A stretch of 64,000 nt of DNA from Candidatus Multivoradales bacterium (GTDB taxonomy: Bacteria; Acidobacteriota; Thermoanaerobaculia; Multivoradales; JAHEKO01): assembly GCA_965223855.1 (NCBI GenBank), contig CBDCXM010000009.1, positions 1,344,001 through 1,408,000 on the forward strand. Reading direction: 5' to 3'. Position 1 is the first letter of the stretch. Every line of letters begins with the position of its first letter. Position numbers and translations under genes: made by a program. Positions 39,201 to 47,405 of this stretch are shown here, piece after piece. The notes below the pieces were generated by a model, which was not told the DNA's origin, made no database searches, and saw only the letters and a program-made list of their open reading frames with translations.

Positions 39201-40635
39201 TCGGGACGCCCAGGCTTTCGAACAACTCCTTGGTGCCCTGCGTATCGCACGGGTCGTCGCCGTCGCAGGTGCTCTGGTTGCCGTCCGAGAGGACGATCAG
39301 GTAGGTGCGGCGGCAGAAGGTGCTCGGATCGCTGTTCTGCGCAACGTTGACCCATCCTGTGCTGCCGGCCATGAAGTCGTGGAACGACCGCAACGAAGTA
39401 CCGATCGGGGTGGCGCCGAACGACAGAATCGGCCGCGCCGCCTCGTCCTTGAGCCGCAACTCGTCGGCCGGGTTGACGATGTCCTCGAAGTACGTGGCGA
39501 CCCTGAAATCGGGGTTGGCGTTTGGGTCGAGCGCCAGGTTCGGTGCCAGTCGCTCGAGCAACGCCTGGCGGTTGTCGTTGCGCCAGTCGATCGGCAGCAC
39601 GTCGCCGACGTCGAGGAGGCCCGGGAAATCGACGTCCGGGACCGTCGGCCAGCGGATGTTGTAGCCGTCCCAGGTGTCGGCGACGGTGTCGGTGTTGGCG
39701 TCCCAATTGACGCACGTGTTGCCGGCGGGGCCGTCGCTCACCGTCCCCTGAGCAAAGAAGCCGGGCTGAAAGTCGGTCCGATCGGTGTTGATGTCCCAGT
39801 TGTCGAAGTCGGTGACGTAGCCGAAATCGACTTCCCGGGTCTCCACCTGGTCGAACGTAGTGCAATCGATGTCGGCGCACCGACGGCGTCTCACCTGCAT
39901 CTCGATCGTCGGCGCGCCGAGCGTGGTCGAGTTCGAGGTGAGGGCGCCGAAGCGCATCTCGTAGGTCTCACCGCCGAAGGCGACGAAGAAGGTCCGGAAG
40001 GCGTTCGCGTCGCCGTTGAGATCGGGCGTGTGCTTGGGCCACGCCTGCATCCGTTCGCGATCCCACCGCAGGTTGAGGTTGGCCGGCGTGGCGGCGGCGC
40101 ACCCGGTGTCGTCGTCGGGGTCGGGTCCGACGAAGCAGCCCCAGGTCGCGCCGAAGGTGTGTAGGTCGCCCTGCACGGGGTCGGGGCCGGAGGTGTCTCT
40201 GCCGCGCGGGTAGGGCCCGTAGCCGGGGATGTTCGGACCGTCTTCCAGTGCCTCGTAGAGCCAGTGCTTGCGCCGCAGCCGCAGGTCGTCCTGGTTGAAG
40301 GTGGCGAAGCCGACCTGGATGTCGTCGGTCTGGTCGATCACCTCGTAGACCGCCTGCTTGGCCTGGAAGAGCTTCGAGTTCGGGCTGTCGCCGGCACCGG
40401 GAGCCCAGCAGCTGCCCAGCGGGCAGAGCAGGTCGCACTCGCCGGCATCGAAGTCCTCCTGGGTGCACTGGGCGCTCCAGTGCATCGAGCCGGAGGTGTC
40501 GAAGAGAAAGAAGACCGTCGGCAGCTCCTCGAACCCGGAGATGAGGCGACGATCGTCGGCGAAGGTCGGGGCGACGCAGGCCGCGCCGAGAGCGACGACG
40601 AGCGACAGGAGGCAGAGGCGGGAAGTTCGGTTCAT
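36280..40635 (-). CDS. pilY1: type IV pilus tip adhesin PilY1/PilC with vWA domain
   Basis: MIDAS FDTSGSM..TP..LSDG; DIFHSDP, GANGGMLH, GRELFA, WRTVLIGGLREGG, DTNFDGYIDTVYFG. Confidence 0.92.
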   Translation of the reverse strand: MNRTSRLCLLSLVVALGAACVAPTFADDRRLISGFEELPTVFFLFDTSGSMHWSAQCTQEDFDAGECDLLCPLGSCWAPGAGDSPNSKLFQAKQAVYEVIDQTDDIQVGFATFNQDDLRLRRKHWLYEALEDGPNIPGYGPYPRGRDTSGPDPVQGDLHTFGATWGCFVGPDPDDDTGCAAATPANLNLRWDRERMQAWPKHTPDLNGDANAFRTFFVAFGGETYEMRFGALTSNSTTLGAPTIEMQVRRRRCADIDCTTFDQVETREVDFGYVTDFDNWDINTDRTDFQPGFFAQGTVSDGPAGNTCVNWDANTDTVADTWDGYNIRWPTVPDVDFPGLLDVGDVLPIDWRNDNRQALLERLAPNLALDPNANPDFRVATYFEDIVNPADELRLKDEAARPILSFGATPIGTSLRSFHDFMAGSTGWVNVAQNSDPSTFCRRTYLIVLSDGNQSTCDGDDPCDTQGTKELFESLGVPTFVVAFGVAPHRPYLPRCSGDPDEEPGVNCCPSDTDPSCIPSDTVGLPVDEWPPTGPGRENRSLRCMASTGGTGNEDYDLDGSIDSDGPGVIYPQNKDELVDALISILDQIKPAPSAFATAAVPSVQAEAADKVFLSEFTPVPQRSNWIGRVNAFLKPVPVDEFNRPDTSIPCPPDPDPTDPTDDPSACLLWEAGQVILDNQYNEADPVGELANQRRIFYGEFGDRVPRKRHFFEETQDGTTPLAQEFDLWRGFDIPFDPLLTPTHDLARTRANNVIGETLEKKTTPQNDDFPTPIDYLLTDIFHSDPLFFTSPNNLLYFLQDLDGYREFSILHAFRRRVLLFGANGGMLHGLDAGVCREVSGDPRPCIYDNGSGRELFAVVPRQAMPTVRDLTEGLPRHRYSVDGRTQAADVFIDPIHEGTDSTLDPPREDDREWRTVLIGGLREGGHVPPEGIGDLSSPLDSNPLDTEDPRNHPTSGYYVIDVTQPDPLPAVAPGVSPIPEVTGLEPPGCLRSIDGITPAEDGCGPIAFGSILWEFSDSIDGVRLDEDDNGYVDLAFAWSNPNVGRIQVCTSGCTGADPQLEDRYVLIVGGGYDPRAEFQRGNFLYMIDVETGDPIYKFPVMGAVAAEPAAVDTNFDGYIDTVYFGTTLGLLYRTVLFPIDDGGPDLKYPFAELHLVQEVAADGTVVSKLQRRILDTDFAPFVLLETTAPGTIPPEVRPIFYPPSVIFLSEFNKYAIAVGTGERENIFRRQQPSGRFFTFVDNVGQTTIMDPTFEPFSPASTDLEPLTPTSATFGSTNLLLPGEGWWLELAADERLVTEPFALSGILFFSTFIPNPDGPIVIPEESLCRESGTSNIYGVFTTNADGLLSDDPDINSANDLERFVTVEGLVSSPFTEQAQTKNPAPEAGTDVIDTLDNRLRFIRDRLKENFPANCSFPPGYRIDVKTRNSGTGIDFIAPVPICVVEKNFRDF

Positions 40636-40669
40636 GGGGTCTCTCCCAAGGGGGTCTGCGGTTCCCGCC

Positions 40670-41248
40670 CTAGAGGGCGAGCTTCTCCGCGAGGAGCTCA
40701 GGGCTCAGGCGCTCGATCGGAAACAGCGAGGACGCCGGTACCCGCCACGGCTGGATGTCGATTGTGGCGGCGACGCGACGCCGCGTCGTGCTTTCGTAGA
40801 GGTTCTGGCGCTCACCGTTCGAGGGGAGCGCGATGTTGGTGCGCTGGTACGACGCGTCCCGGTAGGAGCCGGCGTTGTTGATCTCGCACAGGTTGCAGGG
40901 CGAGAGCTGCATCGGCAGGAGCGGGCCGACCTCGACCCGGCTCTGGACCAGCTGGGTGTCGACGATGTCCGCCGCCTCGTTGAGGATGTAGGCGTTGTTG
41001 TCGGGGTCGTTGACGTCGTAGGCGTAGTCGCTCGCCACCAGAATGCGGGCCGCGGCGATACCGATCCCGGAGTCGCTCGTGTAGAAGGTCCGCTCGAGGA
41101 TCCGCTCGTTGAAGCCGATCTGGCTCTCGGTGCTGGTGATGAGGGCGAGCGAGAGGCCCATCAGAGTCAGGACGACGAGCAGCAGGAGGCTGATGATGTA
41201 GGCCGAGCCCGCCTCACGGGCGCGGTCGGACAGAAGGTGTCGGTTCAT
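40670..41248 (-). CDS. pilX: minor pilin PilX
   Basis: GSAYIISLLLLVVLTLMGL..TESQIGFN (no E5, as typical); start at MNRHLL. Confidence 0.85.
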   Translation of the reverse strand: MNRHLLSDRAREAGSAYIISLLLLVVLTLMGLSLALITSTESQIGFNERILERTFYTSDSGIGIAAARILVASDYAYDVNDPDNNAYILNEAADIVDTQLVQSRVEVGPLLPMQLSPCNLCEINNAGSYRDASYQRTNIALPSNGERQNLYESTTRRRVAATIDIQPWRVPASSLFPIERLSPELLAEKLAL

Positions 41249-42669
41249 CACAGGTTCCTCAGATCGGCGATCGTGGTGAGCAGGAGGCGACGTCGTGAAC
41301 GACCCTCGAGGTTGTTGACGATGTCGTCGTCGTCGAGGGCGTACTGGTGGTCCTCGAGATCGGTGAGCTCGTCCGCCTGGTAGCCGCCGTCGGGGCGGGC
41401 CGCCATGGCGAGAGTCGTGACCCTGGCGTAGTAGAGGCGCGGCCGCGGCTGGCTGTTCGTGAAGGTCGGCGGAGTCGAACCGGCGGCCGAGTTGGGCGAC
41501 CACGGCAGGCTGGTGAGCGCCGAGGTGTCGCCGGCGTCGTTGAAGAGCCAGTCGTCGGTGGCGGTATCGCCGGTCGCCTCCACATCCGCGTCGAAGATGA
41601 CGTCGTCCGGGCCGGTGTTGTTGAGGTCGGCGGCGAAGTGCCCGTCGGAAGACCCGTTCCCGTCGTAGCTCGAGTCGAAGCCGAGGGCGACCTGGAGGTC
41701 GTAGATGTTGTCGGCCAGATCGCTGGCATAGCCGCCGTCGGGGTGTGGCTCCTCGGTCCCGGGGTAGAAGCGGGCGCGCGACAGCCGGGGGGCGCCGCCC
41801 TCGTCAGGCTCCGGCTCCCGGATGTAGTAGCGGTACTCTTCGAGCAGCGCCACCATGCCGACACCGGTGAGATCGCGCGGCGGGACCCAGTCGGGGCGGT
41901 TCATGAGGGCGCTGTCCGGAAAGACGCCGTCGGCGGACAGTCGGTCGTACGCGGCGGCATGCGGGCTCGCATTACCGACCTGGTAGGCGACGGTGATCGT
42001 GAACTGGACGGTGGGGTCGGGTTCGTAGGGGTCCGGAACTCCCGTCAGATCCGAGCCGCCGGGATTGAGCTGCGCCACGCCGTAGATCTCGTCGCTGAGA
42101 TTGCTCACGAGGAGCAGCGCGTCGGGGCGGCCTGCCCGGATCGCTTCGATCAGCGCGCTCAGGTCCTGGAACACCGAGCCGGCGACGTGGCTCGCGACGA
42201 CCACCGAACCGCCGGCGCCGCCGACGGGGGCGAAGGTGGCCGGATTGGTGAAGTCGACGAAGAGCGGCGGGCTGTTGAAGTGGCCCCGCACGGTGAGCAC
42301 GTCGGTCCCCTCGAGGACCGCGTCCGAGTCGTTGTTGTCGAGGGAGATCTTGGTGTCGGCGGGAACATTGTTGCGCAGCGAGATGGCGGGCGTGACCGAA
42401 GCGGGGAAGGAGGCCGCGGTGTCGCCTGCGACCGCGAAGCCGGGCAGGCCGCCGCGACCCGCCATCCGCAGGTAGCGCAGTAGCTCTCGCTGAGCGACGC
42501 GGCCGGACTGCTGGAGATCGGACTGGTGGATCTGAGCCCGCGACAGCTTGTTCGTGTAGTTGAACATCGCGAAGGCGCCGCCCAGCACGAGGGACACCAG
42601 AACCAGGGTGACGAGCAGCTCGACGAGCGAGAAACCACTCTCGCGATGAGGAGTCCGGGCGGTGATCAT
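41248..42669 (-). CDS. pilW: minor pilin PilW
   Basis: G|FSLVELLV, LRMAG, LADNIYDLQVALG, C-terminal RNL. Confidence 0.88.
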   Translation of the reverse strand: MITARTPHRESGFSLVELLVTLVLVSLVLGGAFAMFNYTNKLSRAQIHQSDLQQSGRVAQRELLRYLRMAGRGGLPGFAVAGDTAASFPASVTPAISLRNNVPADTKISLDNNDSDAVLEGTDVLTVRGHFNSPPLFVDFTNPATFAPVGGAGGSVVVASHVAGSVFQDLSALIEAIRAGRPDALLLVSNLSDEIYGVAQLNPGGSDLTGVPDPYEPDPTVQFTITVAYQVGNASPHAAAYDRLSADGVFPDSALMNRPDWVPPRDLTGVGMVALLEEYRYYIREPEPDEGGAPRLSRARFYPGTEEPHPDGGYASDLADNIYDLQVALGFDSSYDGNGSSDGHFAADLNNTGPDDVIFDADVEATGDTATDDWLFNDAGDTSALTSLPWSPNSAAGSTPPTFTNSQPRPRLYYARVTTLAMAARPDGGYQADELTDLEDHQYALDDDDIVNNLEGRSRRRLLLTTIADLRNL

Positions 42670-43211
42670 CAGAAGCCCCTCACGTCGACGAGATCGACCC
42701 GCCGGCCGGGACCGAGCGCTCCGCCGTCGCGCTGCCCGGAGGTCGTGACGATCAGTTGGCGGATGTGAACGAAGGAATCGAGCTCGTCGTTGCCGAGCGA
42801 GTAGCCGGTGACAGGGTTCTTGAAGGTCGGCTCGCCGTTCTTGGTGTCGGAGTCGTAGATCTCGTTGATGTTGAACTGCTGAACCTCGGAACGCCGCAGC
42901 CATTCGGGCTCACCGGTCGGGTCGGCGCCGCAAGCGTAGGGCTTCCAGCCGTCCTTGTCCGTGTACTGGGCGCAGGTCACCGCCTCGTCGTCGCCGACGT
43001 CCGGCCGCACCTGCGGTCGGTCGAGCGGCAACGGATAGAGGAATTCCGAACCAGAGCGCGAGAAGTTGGTCGACTCGGTCGACTCCTTGCCCTGCACGTT
43101 CTGGACGATCGAGTTGGTGAAGAGCGGCATGATGCCGACCGTGATGACGAGGATCAGCGCTGCTGACAGCACCGCCTCGACGAGCGAGAAGCCGCTTTGT
43201 GGATCCCTCAT
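42669..43211 (-). CDS. pilV: minor pilin PilV
   Basis: G|FSLVEAVLS prepilin motif; lies between FimT and PilW. Confidence 0.82.
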   Translation of the reverse strand: MRDPQSGFSLVEAVLSAALILVITVGIMPLFTNSIVQNVQGKESTESTNFSRSGSEFLYPLPLDRPQVRPDVGDDEAVTCAQYTDKDGWKPYACGADPTGEPEWLRRSEVQQFNINEIYDSDTKNGEPTFKNPVTGYSLGNDELDSFVHIRQLIVTTSGQRDGGALGPGRRVDLVDVRGF

Positions 43212-43741
43212 CCCCGTTCCTCCCAATCGGCGCCGTCCCAGGTGTTGAGTCGCATTCGCGCCGTCGACGCCGGCTCGAGCCGCACCTCGACGAAATGCTG
43301 GTTGCCGTTGCCGAGTCTCAGCGCACCGGCATCGCTGGCCGAGCCGTCCGCGGCGAACACGACGAAAGCACCCTTGGCGTTCGTCGGGAAGGCTTCGAAC
43401 TTCGGCAGCCCCTGAGGTGCCCTGAACTGAACGCCCCCTGGCAGACCGATCGTCCTCTGGAGCGCGTCGGCGTCGAGCGGGTCGTCGCCCTGGAAGACCT
43501 GCACCTGATGCTCATTGAGCGCCAGGATGGTGTACTCGCGTCCCTCGTTGATGGCGCGGAAGCGGGTTCCGCGCATTACCGACAGGACGTCGCGGGCTCC
43601 CTGCTTGAGCTTGATCTCCTGGGAGATGTCCCACAGGTGAGGCATGCCGACGGCCATGCTGATTCCCAGCACGGCGACCGCCACGATCATGCCGACCAGG
43701 GTGAAACCGGGGCGGCGGGCCTGGATCTTGCGACTCATCAT
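43208..43741 (-). CDS. FimT/FimU (GspH-like) minor pilin
   Basis: G|FTLVGMIV, RFRAI, VVFAADGS; first gene of the minor pilin operon. Confidence 0.8.
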   Translation of the reverse strand: MMSRKIQARRPGFTLVGMIVAVAVLGISMAVGMPHLWDISQEIKLKQGARDVLSVMRGTRFRAINEGREYTILALNEHQVQVFQGDDPLDADALQRTIGLPGGVQFRAPQGLPKFEAFPTNAKGAFVVFAADGSASDAGALRLGNGNQHFVEVRLEPASTARMRLNTWDGADWEERG

Positions 43742-43803
43742 CTACTCCTCCGCTTCTCGACGCCTGCCGGCGTTGGACGGTTGGCGGGTGCGGTTCTCTT
43801 CTT

Positions 43804-43819
43804 AGCAAGGGGCGTGCCT
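43804..43819 (-). promoter_or_regulatory. sigma54 promoter of the minor pilin operon
   Basis: AGGCACGCCCCTTGCT on the minus strand (GG-N10-GC). Confidence 0.78.
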
Positions 43820-43911
43820 CGCTTTCGCTGCCCGGGCAAGCCCTTTTTCCACAGGTGGATAGCCGGCTCACCAGGGAGCGAGTCGGATGAGGAGCTGGAA
43901 TGATTGTTACG

Positions 43912-45384
43912 TTACGTAACGATTGTGTCAATAGGGAGAGTGGCGGCGGCTGTCGTGCCTCCCCCGGCGCGGGGCTCGAGCGCGAGCGCGCCGCCGTGGA
44001 GGTCGAGGATTCGCTGCGCCAGCGGCAGGCCGAGACCCACTCCATCGGGCCGCGAGGTCGCGAACGGCTCGAACCACTCTTCGAGTCGGACCGGGTCGAT
44101 CCCCGCGCCCCGATCGGCGACCTCGATCACGAGTTCGCGCTCACGCAGGAAGAGCCGAAGTACGAGGGCCTCACCCGAACCGGCCTCCTCGTGCGCCGCG
44201 GCGCCGTTGCGCACCAGATTGCGTAGGGCGCGCTCGAGGAGCTGTCGATCGGCTCGCAGCTCCAGATCTGGCGGCAGCTCGTTGTCGAGCTCTACCGGCA
44301 CCGCGAGGGCCGGGTCCCGCTGGAGGTGGCGGGCGAGGTCGGCGGCCCGGAAGGTCTCCAGACGCGCCTCGGGGCGGGCGAACGACAGGAAGTCCTCGAC
44401 GACCCGCTGGAGGTGGTCCGTCTCGCCTCGGATCTCTCCCAGATAGTCGTGGACCGTGTCCTCGTCGGGCTGCCGCTCGATGAGGGTCAGATAGCCGCGC
44501 AGCGCGGCGAGCGCGTTGCGCAGCTCGTGGGCGAGGCCGGCCGACATCCGACCGAGCTGAGCGAGACTCGAGGCGCGCTGCTCCCGGTTCGACCGTTCCC
44601 GGTCTTCCGTCAGGTCCGCGAAGAGGGCGAGCCGGCCGCGTCGGGTACCGTCGTCACGGTGGAGCTCATGGGTCGTGAGGCCGAGCGTCAGGGTCGATCC
44701 GTCGGTGCGCTCGAGGGAGAGTTCTCGCCTGGAGACACGGTCTTCGGGTGAGGCTTCGGCGTTGCCGAGCAACTCGACGAGCGCGGGGTGTCGGGCGCCG
44801 TACTCTGAGAGCGCAGGGCGGGCGTCCTCCGGTGGCTCCAGTCCGAGGAGCTCGCAACCGACCGGGTTGAGAGCCAGCACGCGATCGCTGTCGTCGAGCA
44901 GAAGGACACCGCTGTCGAGGCTCGAACCGAGGGTGCGCTGGAGCGCGGCGATCTCCCGCTCCTCGTCGAGATTCGAATCGTCGTGGTGACTGCCGGCCAG
45001 CGCTTCGAGCGCCCGTTCGAAGGTCGAGACGAGATAGTCGACGTCGTCGCGCGCCTCGCTCTCGTCGATCGCCGCCACATCCCTCGCCTGGCCGAGCAGC
45101 GCCTCGAAGGGCGAGATGAGATGCCGGAGGTAGAAGAGCACGAAGATCACCAGCGCGACGCCCACCGCCAGAACGACCCAGGTGAGGCGCTCGGCGATCA
45201 CCCTCTGGCGGGCGACCTCTCTATCGATCTCCGCGCTCCCGGCACCTCCGAGAGAGCCGAGAGACTCCAGCGAAGAACGGTAGGCGGAGAGGGTGGCGAT
45301 CGAGAGCACCACCAGGACGAGCAGCACGAGCGGTAGCAGAATCGAAGCCTCGCGCACGAGGCCGATCCTGGGCCGCCGCTTCAC
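43912..45384 (-). CDS. PAS sensor histidine kinase (PilS-like)
   Basis: 2 TM, PAS, AHELRNAL H-box, NLVRN, DRGAGI, GVGLGL; GTG start overlaps the pilD stop. Confidence 0.9.
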   Translation of the reverse strand: MKRRPRIGLVREASILLPLVLLVLVVLSIATLSAYRSSLESLGSLGGAGSAEIDREVARQRVIAERLTWVVLAVGVALVIFVLFYLRHLISPFEALLGQARDVAAIDESEARDDVDYLVSTFERALEALAGSHHDDSNLDEEREIAALQRTLGSSLDSGVLLLDDSDRVLALNPVGCELLGLEPPEDARPALSEYGARHPALVELLGNAEASPEDRVSRRELSLERTDGSTLTLGLTTHELHRDDGTRRGRLALFADLTEDRERSNREQRASSLAQLGRMSAGLAHELRNALAALRGYLTLIERQPDEDTVHDYLGEIRGETDHLQRVVEDFLSFARPEARLETFRAADLARHLQRDPALAVPVELDNELPPDLELRADRQLLERALRNLVRNGAAAHEEAGSGEALVLRLFLRERELVIEVADRGAGIDPVRLEEWFEPFATSRPDGVGLGLPLAQRILDLHGGALALEPRAGGGTTAAATLPIDTIVT

Positions 45385-46166
45385 AACAGGCCCAGGTAGA
45401 CGTCGACCGGGCGGTTGCGGGTAAACAGAGCGATCAGCGCGCCGGCGGCGAGGAAGGTACCGAATGGGAGCTTGGAGGCGAGACCGAGACGCCGGGTGGC
45501 GATCATCGCCAGACCGTAGACAGCACCGATGAGGGCGCCGCAGAAGAGCGCCATCGCGACTCCCTTCCAGCCGAGAAAGGCCCCGATCATCGCCAGCAGA
45601 TTGACGTCGCCCAGCCCCATCCCCTCTTCCTCCCGCAGCCAGTACCAGGCATTGATCAGGAGGATCAGCCCTCCGGCGCCGACCAGCGTCCCGATCACGG
45701 CCTCGAGGAAGGTCACTCCGGGAATCCACGGCTGGAGAGCGAGCCCGGCGGCGATGCCGGGGAAGGTCAGCCGGTCGGGCAGCAGGAAGTGCTCGAGGTC
45801 GATGAGGGCGAGGGCGAGCAGCAACGACCCGAACAGGGCCGCGGCGAGTCCCTCGAGCCCGAAGCCGAAGGTCCTCGCGCAGCTCCAGAACAGGAGCGCC
45901 GTCGCCGCCTCGACCGCCGGGTAGCGCCAGCCGATCGTCGCCCCGCAATGGCGGCATCTTCCGCGCAGCCAGAGGAAGCTCAGCATCGGCAGGTTGTCGA
46001 ACCAGGCGATCGCCGCGCCGCACCCCGGGCAGGCCGATCGCGGGCGGATGGTCGAGACCTGCCGCGGCACGCGGTGGATCACGACGTTGAGGTAGCTGCC
46101 GGCGATCAGGCCGAGAGCGACGGCGAGAAACTCGGCCGTCAGCGGGGACAGCGAGAGGGCGGACAC
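45381..46166 (-). CDS. pilD: prepilin peptidase/N-methyltransferase
   Basis: GSYLNVVIHRVP, SACPGC, RGRCRHC, IDLEH..LPD, MGLGD, LPFGTFL. Confidence 0.97.
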   Translation of the reverse strand: MSALSLSPLTAEFLAVALGLIAGSYLNVVIHRVPRQVSTIRPRSACPGCGAAIAWFDNLPMLSFLWLRGRCRHCGATIGWRYPAVEAATALLFWSCARTFGFGLEGLAAALFGSLLLALALIDLEHFLLPDRLTFPGIAAGLALQPWIPGVTFLEAVIGTLVGAGGLILLINAWYWLREEEGMGLGDVNLLAMIGAFLGWKGVAMALFCGALIGAVYGLAMIATRRLGLASKLPFGTFLAAGALIALFTRNRPVDVYLGLL

Positions 46167-46175
46167 CGGGGGATT

Positions 46176-46541
46176 CTAACCGTCGTCCGCTTCCTCGCGG
46201 CCGCACGGTTCGGCCAGCGGGACGAGGTCGAAGAGATCACCGAGCACCCCGCGCCACTCGGTGTCGAGACCGGCGCTCCAGCGCCGGTCGCGCAGCTCCA
46301 CCTCGGCACTCGCGTCGGCCGGGACCACGTTGGGAGCCTCCGATCCCCGGAGCTCGACGATCCTGAAGTCGTCTCCGTGCCGTCGCTCGAGCGCGGCGAG
46401 GCCGCGGACCAGCCGATGAGGAGCCGAATGCGGGTTGGGGCTGGCACTGTGTCCCGAGCGACCCTCGGCGACAACCTCGATCATCGTGCAGGTACCCGAA
46501 GGCGCCGCCGCGAGGGCGAGCAACAGAGCCGCGACCAACAT
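46176..46541 (-). CDS. exported stand-alone M20 peptidase dimerization domain
   Basis: Hydrophobic signal; IEVVAEGRSGHSASP..SAPHRL..GLAAL and RGSEAPNVVPADASAEVELR; own -10 TAGACT 6 nt before the ATG. Confidence 0.75.
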   Translation of the reverse strand: MLVAALLLALAAAPSGTCTMIEVVAEGRSGHSASPNPHSAPHRLVRGLAALERRHGDDFRIVELRGSEAPNVVPADASAEVELRDRRWSAGLDTEWRGVLGDLFDLVPLAEPCGREEADDG

Positions 46542-46587
46542 GGCGTGAGTCTAGCCCGAACGTCTCCCGGTCCCTTCTTCGGACAAC

Positions 46588-46619
46588 AAAAAACGGCGCC
46601 GCCCCGAAGAGCGGCGCCG
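46588..46619 (-). terminator. rho-independent terminator of the major pilin
   Basis: CGGCGCCGC-N8-GCGGCGCCG followed by TTTTTT on the minus strand. Confidence 0.88.
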
Positions 46620-46675
46620 CCAGAAGAGAAGACGTTGCTGTCAGGTCTTCTGTGCCTCGAGGCTCAGCTACCGAA

Positions 46676-47218
46676 CTAGTTGCCGACCTGGGCGCCCGCC
46701 GGGTAGGTGACGAAGAAACCGTCCGCCCAGGCGATGTCGTTGTCGTAGATCGTCGCGATGAACGGGCCGACGGTGTACGACTCGGCGTCGAACGCGCCGT
46801 CACGACCGGTGCTGCGGATACCCATGACCTTCGAGCCGAGAAGCTGGGAGCCCGACGCATAGGCGTACGAGTTGCCCCAACCGTCGAGAGGCGGCACGGT
46901 CTGGATGTAGAAGAAGGTATCCGACTGGAAGAGCGTGTTCTGCAGGTTGTTGGCACCGATGTCGGTGTTGTTGAAGTCCCAGTCGAAGGTCGAGGCGCCG
47001 GCGGAAGCGGCACCGACCTGATCGGTCAGCCAGGAAAACCAGGCGCCACCGACGTTGCGCATGTCACCGACGGTCCGCTTCTGCTTGGCCTTCTGAAGGG
47101 CGTCGAGAAGGTTCGGGATCAGGACCGCGGCGATGATGCCGATGATCGCGACGACGATCAGCAGCTCGATGAGGGTGAAACCCTTCTGGCCGCGGCGACG
47201 ATTGAGAAAATTCATCAT
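46676..47218 (-). CDS. pilA: major type IV pilin (GspG-like C-terminal domain)
   Basis: G|FTLIELLIVVAIIGII..IP; own sigma54 promoter, strong RBS and terminator. Confidence 0.88.
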   Translation of the reverse strand: MMNFLNRRRGQKGFTLIELLIVVAIIGIIAAVLIPNLLDALQKAKQKRTVGDMRNVGGAWFSWLTDQVGAASAGASTFDWDFNNTDIGANNLQNTLFQSDTFFYIQTVPPLDGWGNSYAYASGSQLLGSKVMGIRSTGRDGAFDAESYTVGPFIATIYDNDIAWADGFFVTYPAGAQVGN

Positions 47219-47290
47219 GTGTTGCTTCCTCCCTGGGGGAATTGGATGTCTTTCGACGGATGCGGCCGAGCCGCGTGGACCCGCTTACCA

Positions 47291-47306
47291 TGCAGGGAGC
47301 ATGCCG
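47291..47306 (-). promoter_or_regulatory. sigma54 promoter of the pilin
   Basis: CGGCATGCTCCCTGCA (GG-N10-GC); IHF-like TTTCAGGGACTTG at 47324-47336. Confidence 0.7.
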
Positions 47307-47405
47307 AGAGCAAACACCCCTTTTTTCAGGGACTTGCGGGATTGGGCACGGCTCGGGTTGTCAGGGATCGTCAGCCCGCAGTGACGAATATTGTCGGTCG
47401 CCGCG

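Noticed and set aside
43912-46206. 764-aa kinase ORF suggesting a PilD-kinase fusion
   Set aside because: The N-terminal extension is an off-frame read through pilD; the real start is the GTG at 45384 overlapping the pilD stop.
46676-47218. Possible electrically conductive e-pilin (about 13% aromatics)
   Set aside because: No aromatic residue between F1 and W47 of the mature pilin, so the N-terminal aromatic positions used for e-pilin calls are absent.
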